Assembly: GCA_951406725.2 (NCBI GenBank)
Contig: OX597818.1
Location: 73,408,001 to 73,472,000 of the forward strand
Direction: 5' to 3'
DNA length: 64,000 bases
Origin: Octopus vulgaris
Lineage: Eukaryota
Shown here in pieces: positions 56,575-64,000 of the stretch. Position numbers and translations under genes: made by a program. Position 1 is the first letter of the stretch. The number at the start of each line of letters is the position of its first letter. The notes below the pieces were generated by a model. The model saw only the letters and a list, made by a program, of their open reading frames with translations, searched no databases and was not told where the DNA came from.

Positions 56575-56808
56575 GATATATTGGGTGTTTGTTTACCCTT
56601 GGGTAGAACTCCCCTTTCAGGGAAAATGCTATTGTTTATATTTTGCTGTTGTTATTTTATTATCTACGCTTGTTTCGTGTTATGCTCCATTGTACCTTGT
56701 CTGTGGCATTTAATTGTGCATTCGGATCTTGCGGCTAGTAAAGTAAAGCTTATCCTTATTGTTAACAACAACAGCAATGCTGCTGCTACTACTACTACTA
56801 CTACTACA

Positions 56809-56873
<65 letters not shown>

Positions 56874-56889
56874 CAACAATAACAACTGC

Positions 56890-56924
<35 letters not shown>

Positions 56925-56934
56925 TAACAATAAA

Positions 56935-57856
56935 CCTAAAGCAAGGAAGCCTTGCTAGTGGCAGTTAGGAACGAGAAAGTATTGAAAGCAGAGAAAAAGA
57001 AACGAAAGAAGAAATACAAAAAGAACACGAAGAAGAATTGCGCAACAAGTGTCTACATAATAAATTCCCTGTAGCCACAGCGGAAGTTGCTGGAAAAAAA
57101 GGTGATTTTAATTAAAAAAAGGAACACTAAAAACAAAGACTGAAAGGACAATACTGGCAGCACAAGACCAAGCTTTGGCCACAAACTGGAGGGTGAACCT
57201 TTGGAATAAGCAAGTGTCTCCGTTGTGCTACATCTGTAATAGGGTGAATGAAACCGTTGCCCATATCACAAACCAATGTCCTAGATTTGCCCAAACCACT
57301 ACAAGTTGAGGTGAAATGTTCAGGTAGCGAAAGTGCTACATTGGAAACTGCGCGAAAGTGAGTGCTAGAGAGAGGCAAGACGTGGTATGAGCACAAACCG
57401 GAGAGTGTGACATAGTCGGAGACTAGCAAAATCTTCTAGGATCTGCCAATCCAAACAGATTAGGCATAAAAGACCGGACTCAGTGGTGATCGACAAGATG
57501 CACTACATGTGCTATATAGTTGTTGTTGCATGCTCTTTTGACCCACAGTTAGTAAAGAAGGAAAGCAAAAAATTAGGTAAGTATAACCTTCTTATGGAAA
57601 GTGAAGGTGAAAATTGTGCCAAATATTTTTGGATCCTTGAGGACAGTATCAGAAGGCATCAAGAGGAATATAAAGGAAACTGGAATAGAGTACCCAATAG
57701 AACAGTTACAAAATGTTTGTCTCCTTAACACGGCCAGAATACTCAAGAAAGTATAAGGTTGCTTAAAACAACGGAGAACATGGTCCCGTAGGGTAGGAAG
57801 CAAGCCGGCAACCCATGAACGACACCAATAGTTCCAAAATCCTGTGATACAAAGAA
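56935..57856 (+). mobile_element. R4/Dong-like LINE 3' fragment (third family)
   Basis: KTERTILAAQDQALATN, CYICNRVNETVAHITNQC, AKVLHWKL, RPDSVVIDK, KKESKKLGKY; (AAT)n on both flanks. Confidence 0.88.
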
Positions 57857-57944
57857 ATAATAATAATAATGGCATCGAATTTTGCCACAAGGGCAGCAAT
57901 TTTGAAGGAGCGGAGTGTTCAACGAGTACTTATACTACTACTAT

Positions 57945-57986
<42 letters not shown>

Positions 57987-58022
57987 CACCACCGCCGCCG
58001 CCACCACTACCACCACCACCAT

Positions 58023-58093
<71 letters not shown>

Positions 58094-58122
58094 TTGTACT
58101 GCTACTGCTGCTGCTGCTACAG

Positions 58123-58196
<74 letters not shown>

Positions 58197-58343
58197 TTTA
58201 TATACCCAAGCCTATTCCCGATTATATAGGAGTGGGTAGCCACAACAAGACACACATGAGCCTTTGCCTTTATTTGCCAGCTCATAGGGACGAGCCCTGT
58301 TCTATGCTCGAGTCAAGAAAATAATAATTATTTCTTCTCCTCA

Positions 58344-58385
<42 letters not shown>

Positions 58386-58940
58386 GAGTGAGAGAGCAGT
58401 GCATGCCATCAAAGTGACACTGGGGTAAAATATACGAAGCCCAATATACCCATCATGACTACCCGTCTGATAAAGTTACACCAGGCACATGCATCACAAC
58501 CATATGTGCGCGACATGGTGATCTCATATCAAGATAAACAGCACATGACATTGCAGGTGGGGCCCACTTAGAATTTTTTTCAGGTTGAGTAGCCCATCCT
58601 GCTCAAAAGGTCCCTGAATAAGGGTTGTTTAAGGATGTTGAACGAAACACCCATGTTTCCAGAGGTGAGTTATTCAAACACCAAAGAATCCCTCTCAACA
58701 CATGGCTATGATGCTCCTCCACTACTTCTGCTCGTGATCAGAGATGCACATATCATCAGCCACTAAGGGACATGCTCAACTGGTTAAGGTCAAACAACTG
58801 ACAAGCAAATCTGTGGTATTGAGCAGAATATTTGCTGTAGCCCATCTTTTATACCAAGACAAAACAATGTACATGATAACACTTCTAATCAGTTAAGATC
58901 AGAAGCCATGAGAGCCACTGCCTGGTACTGCATCAGGGCA
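58386..58940 (-). mobile_element. ~555-bp (AAT)n-embedded non-coding element, copy 3
   Basis: Homologous end to end with copies 1 and 2; (ATT)n on both sides. Confidence 0.9.
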
Positions 58941-58941
58941 G

Positions 58942-59076
<135 letters not shown>

Positions 59077-59796
59077 ATTATTATAGTAATAATGAAGATG
59101 ATGATGATGATGATGATGATATTTCATGTTGACATTTTTATATTAGCACTGAATTTCACAATAAGGGATTATTTAATTCACTGAATGCGTGGAACCACAG
59201 GAATCAGCTTGGCAAAATTTCTTAAAATCATCGATAACTTACGCCATAGAGTTTCCCTTCGTAGAAAATACATCTTTACAAAATGCTTCTATTAGATGTA
59301 TATATTAATCGAATAAGATACAAAATGTTCAATTTTCATGTACTCAGTGTAATGTAAGTAAAACAGTATATCCTGGAAGCAATTATTGTTAAGCAAGTTT
59401 TAATAATGAAGATTAATTTACGCTGATTTCATTACCTGTTAACGAATGTTAGTATTCATCAAATGCGAAATAATATATTTAACCCGTTTTTAATTAGCAC
59501 ATTTTCTACAACAAGTCAGCAATTTCGTTCGTCTTCTTCCTATTATCATAGGATGTTATATATCTGCAAGAACTATATACCGCATTAACCGAGTCATTAC
59601 AATAAAGGAATTCAAGTGCTAGAATTTTCTAACATTAATTCTAAATACCATGATTTTCCTATTTCCGTATGTATGTAGCTAATGGATTGGCATCGTTAGC
59701 TGGATGAGTGAAATCCTTAGAAATACATGTTATTTTGAGAGGTGATATTTTACACCCACGCGCACTCCCCCCTCGCACACACATACATATATATAT

Positions 59797-59862
59797 GGGA
59801 ATCGAAGCCGTAATCCTGCGACCGCGAGTTCGCTGCCCTAACAAATGGACCATTGCGCCTCC
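59797..59862 (-). mobile_element. SINE family C tRNA head only
   Basis: GGAGGCGCAATGGTCCATTTGTTAGGGCAGCG...TTCGATTCCC. Confidence 0.85.
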
Positions 59863-59875
59863 ACTCACTCGTGTG

Positions 59876-60927
<1,052 letters not shown>

Positions 60928-61142
60928 AGATTCCTTCCACACTGACCTAGATTTTCTGTCACCATAGAAATAGACTGACCTATCTTTTTAGTATCAATCT
61001 GTCTGTGTTTCTTTTACAACCCCAATATTTTTTCTCCTTCTGTTCTTTTCTCCAGCTAATCAGCTTCCTTGACCTATCCTGCTATCATTCCTACTACTAT
61101 AGAAATTTTCTTGCAACAGTTAGATGCGAACTGATGGTCTGA

Positions 61143-61381
61143 TTGGCATCTCTCTTCATGTTTCCTGAAAGTTGTATCCACATCTTTATGAGTATATTTA
61201 CCTTCTCTGTGATGTCACTAATTAATTTGAGAACTTTACATTGTTGGAAAGCATATATGGTTTGCTTGGCATCTTGCTTCAAGTTCCTGGAGCTCACATC
61301 TACAACTTTATCGGTATATTTACACTCTCTAAGATGTTATTAATTGATTTGAGAACTTTACATTATTGGAAAACCTATATG
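61143..61381. repeat. Diverged ~123-bp tandem duplication
   Basis: TTGGCATCT...GTATATTTAC...ATTTGAGAACTTTACATT.TTGGAAA..TATATG occurs twice. Confidence 0.8.
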
Positions 61382-62276
61382 AAATTAGCTGAAGATTACT
61401 TAACATATTATATTTGCTGTAATATTTGCAGCTTTAATAAATTGTTATAGTATGAAACAATTGTACTAAATTACCGATCCATTCTTGTTGCTTGTGTTTT
61501 GGTTATATACATATATATATATATACATATATATATTATACATATATATACATAAATATATTATACATATATATATATATATATATATACATATATACAC
61601 ACACAAATACAAGGACGCATATAAGTGAACATATCTCCTGTGTACAATCTTAGTGACGTACTGGTTAATTCTCTCCATGCGCGTGTCTCTTAATCTCTCT
61701 GTCTCCCTATATCGCTCTTATCAGAAGGATCGAGAGAGAGAGAGAGAGAGGGGGAAAGAGGAAGAAAGAGATAGAAGGGGAGGAAACGAGGGAGATGGAC
61801 ATATAAACATTTTCTGTGTCATCAGTGTATGTTTGTGTGTATATGTGCGCCTATACATTATGATTTTCACTATAGTATGATTTTCACTATCACGTGCTGT
61901 ACGGTGATCTTTCATTTGAAGTAAAAGAATATATGAAATTTGATTCATATGTATACATCAAAAATTAAATAGGTGTAGTTTTTAAAAAAATGATATCAGA
62001 AATCTAAATGCATTCTAAGCAAATGTCTTAGTACATACAAAAGATCTAAGGAAACGTTCTTAGATATATGAAACAGAAGTTGTATGTATAATATTCTTAG
62101 TGTTTGTGCTTCTATCACGTTATCCTGAAAAAATGCGATACGTGTTAGATTTGACATAATAGTTTATTAAATATTTGTCACTAGGTTAAAGAGAAAACAT
62201 CATACTGGAGTTATAACTCAGCAGAAATATATTTTCTCTCTTCACTCTCAAAAAAAACCCAACAACATTGTAATTT

Positions 62277-62330
<54 letters not shown>

Positions 62331-62630
62331 ACACTCGCTCACTCACACACACGCGCACACATATGTGCAGGAGTTTGCATGTAAGAATGTATTTACATAG
62401 TGGGAGATGAAAATGTTTAAACACATATGTATATGTATGCGTGTGTTTGTGTTGGTGTTAGGCATTTTTTCACATATACAGCATGATTAAAATTCGAGTG
62501 AAATATTTTAGTCTTTTGATGTTGAAATTTGACAAATGGCTCTTTCATAAAATAGTTCATTCGGAATTTGTATACATGTGAGACAGATAGCGAGAAGAAT
62601 GTTTCAATACATACACAGAGATATATGTGC

Positions 62631-62697
<67 letters not shown>

Positions 62698-62757
62698 GTG
62701 TGTGTGTGTGCGTGCGCATACAATTATATGAATATATTCATGTACATATGTGTGTAC

Positions 62758-62804
<47 letters not shown>

Positions 62805-62807
62805 TAT

Positions 62808-62879
<72 letters not shown>

Positions 62880-62881
<2 letters not shown>

Positions 62882-63262
62882 AATCTTGTATAGCAGCCTG
62901 CGCTCTTTAAACCTGATAATTTTGTATCCTTCTTTAATACCGGTTTCCATATTCTACTGATATCTGAAATAGCTCTGCTTACGAAGTTATTGTGTCCTAG
63001 CATATGTCTGCATCTTTTAGTTTTCGTATTTTCCAGGGGTGTTCTCTGTCTATTATTTTAACTTCATCCCACAGAGGCCGGTGGTGTCCGTTTTTCCGTA
63101 AATGATCAGCCATACCCGATATTTCAACATCTCGTGTCACAACTTTACGATGTTCCTGTACCCTTATTTTGAGTAGGTGGTATGTTTCGCCTTTGTATAA
63201 CCTACCACAACTGCATGGGATGGAGTACATGCAATCTTTGGTTATACTTCCATCTATTAAAA
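62880..63262 (-). mobile_element. Penelope/Poseidon-type PLE GIY-YIG fragment
   Basis: [47 protein letters not shown], frameshift, then ISRIWKPVL. Confidence 0.9.
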
Positions 63263-63264
63263 AT

Positions 63265-63455
63265 TCTACCAGGAAGCCTGATGGAAGCCTGAGACTGGAC
63301 AGTAAATCAGCCGAAACGTTGTGGTGACAATAAATAAGATGAGGACACATATCCGTCCAATGTAAATAATGAAAATAATGAACAGAACTCCTCATCTCTA
63401 ACATATATATATAGTTCTATATTTTAGAGATGAGGAGGTCTGTACATTATTTACA
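63265..63455 (+). mobile_element. Inverted pLTR-like piece with degenerate hammerhead and terminal fold-back
   Basis: CCTGA..GACTGGA...TCAGCCGAAACGTTGTGGTG-ACAATAAA; inverted repeat AATAATGAACAGAACTCCTCATCTCTAA / TTAGAGATGAGGAGGTCTGTACATTATT. Confidence 0.6.
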
Positions 63456-63471
63456 TATATATATATATATA

Positions 63472-63720
63472 CCGTGAAATATATTTGCCACTTAAATGTC
63501 GCTAACCCTTAAGGGTTGATGCTACTGTAGCTTGTAGCCCCTGTAGGATATCTCTTCCACCTGACTATTGACACACTTTCTGTGCTCTGTCAGTATTTGC
63601 AAAGGGAAGTCATCCTTCCTATCTCCAGCCTGATACACATGGACTCGGGTTTCTGATTATTGACCCGTCATCAGCGTGTGACAACCACCGTTTGGCGATG
63701 TGAAGAGGTTCCCAACTGAA
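63472..63720 (-). mobile_element. PLE-type 3' terminus (linear homologue of the 22884-23171 fold-back)
   Basis: Colinear with arm plus spacer of the fold-back; ends in (TA)n. Confidence 0.85.
63636..63680 (-). ncRNA. Minimal type-I hammerhead, core intact, stems partly decayed
   Basis: CACACG-CUGAUGA-CGGGU CAAU AAUCA-GAAAC-CCGA-GUC-CAUGUG. Confidence 0.75.
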
Positions 63721-63764
63721 ATATAAATACCCGATATGTATTTTTGGGTTTGGGTGCGCTCGCT

Positions 63765-64000
63765 GACACATCGATTGTTTTCCTCTGCCGTAAGGCTTTA
63801 ATTCCTAACACGCCAGCTGAATTGAATTCGTCTCCAGTCGAAAGGCGCCTGTTGTGATGTCCTGTTATTATTATTATTATTGTTGTTTTTGTTTATCATT
63901 TTTGTATTTATATTCGCGTAACATCGTCTGTTTTCCGTCTTTGTTTTGTATACATTCGAAGCTTTTTTCCAAGGAATCTAATGCTCTTAGCTTAGTTTTT
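63765..64000 (+). mobile_element. Third copy of the 766-bp family, opposite orientation, runs off the window
   Basis: Reverse complement matches CTAAGCTAAGAGCATTAGAT and CTTTCGAC...CAGCTGG blocks at 29.6-29.8 kb and 60.2-60.4 kb. Confidence 0.75.

Noticed and set aside
58915-58940. CCCUGAUG at the 5' end of the 555-bp element as a canonical hammerhead or HDV ribozyme
   Set aside because: Lacks the A9, GAAA and stem III elements, and no HDV P3/P1.1 arrangement could be fitted; kept only as an unclassified structure.

Overview
This is eukaryotic, AT-rich, gene-free (intergenic or intronic) DNA packed with microsatellites and decayed mobile elements. The SINE families and repeat landscape suggest a coleoid cephalopod, probably Octopus; that is inferred from recalled repeat families, not from a search. 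No host exon could be supported, and most ORFs in the track are microsatellite artefacts. Recognisable content: a full-length mariner with TIRs and a frameshifted DD34D transposase; Tc1, maT, pogo and hAT relics; RTE, CR1-like, Tx1 and several R4/Dong LINE fragments; many tRNA-derived SINEs; and abundant Penelope-like element (PLE) material. The most interesting signal is a set of microsatellite-dwelling non-coding retroelements: (i) up to seven minimal type-I hammerhead ribozyme motifs from several PLE-type families, one with an intact core, often paired with fold-back ends; (ii) a 766-bp non-coding unit present as a 1.12-mer with a perfect 94-bp terminal redundancy and a candidate RNA pseudoknot; (iii) a ~555-bp non-tRNA element present three times with identical ends, always inside (AAT)n, beside (AAT)-targeting R4/Dong LINEs. 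All RNA structures were derived by eye and need folding and cleavage tests.
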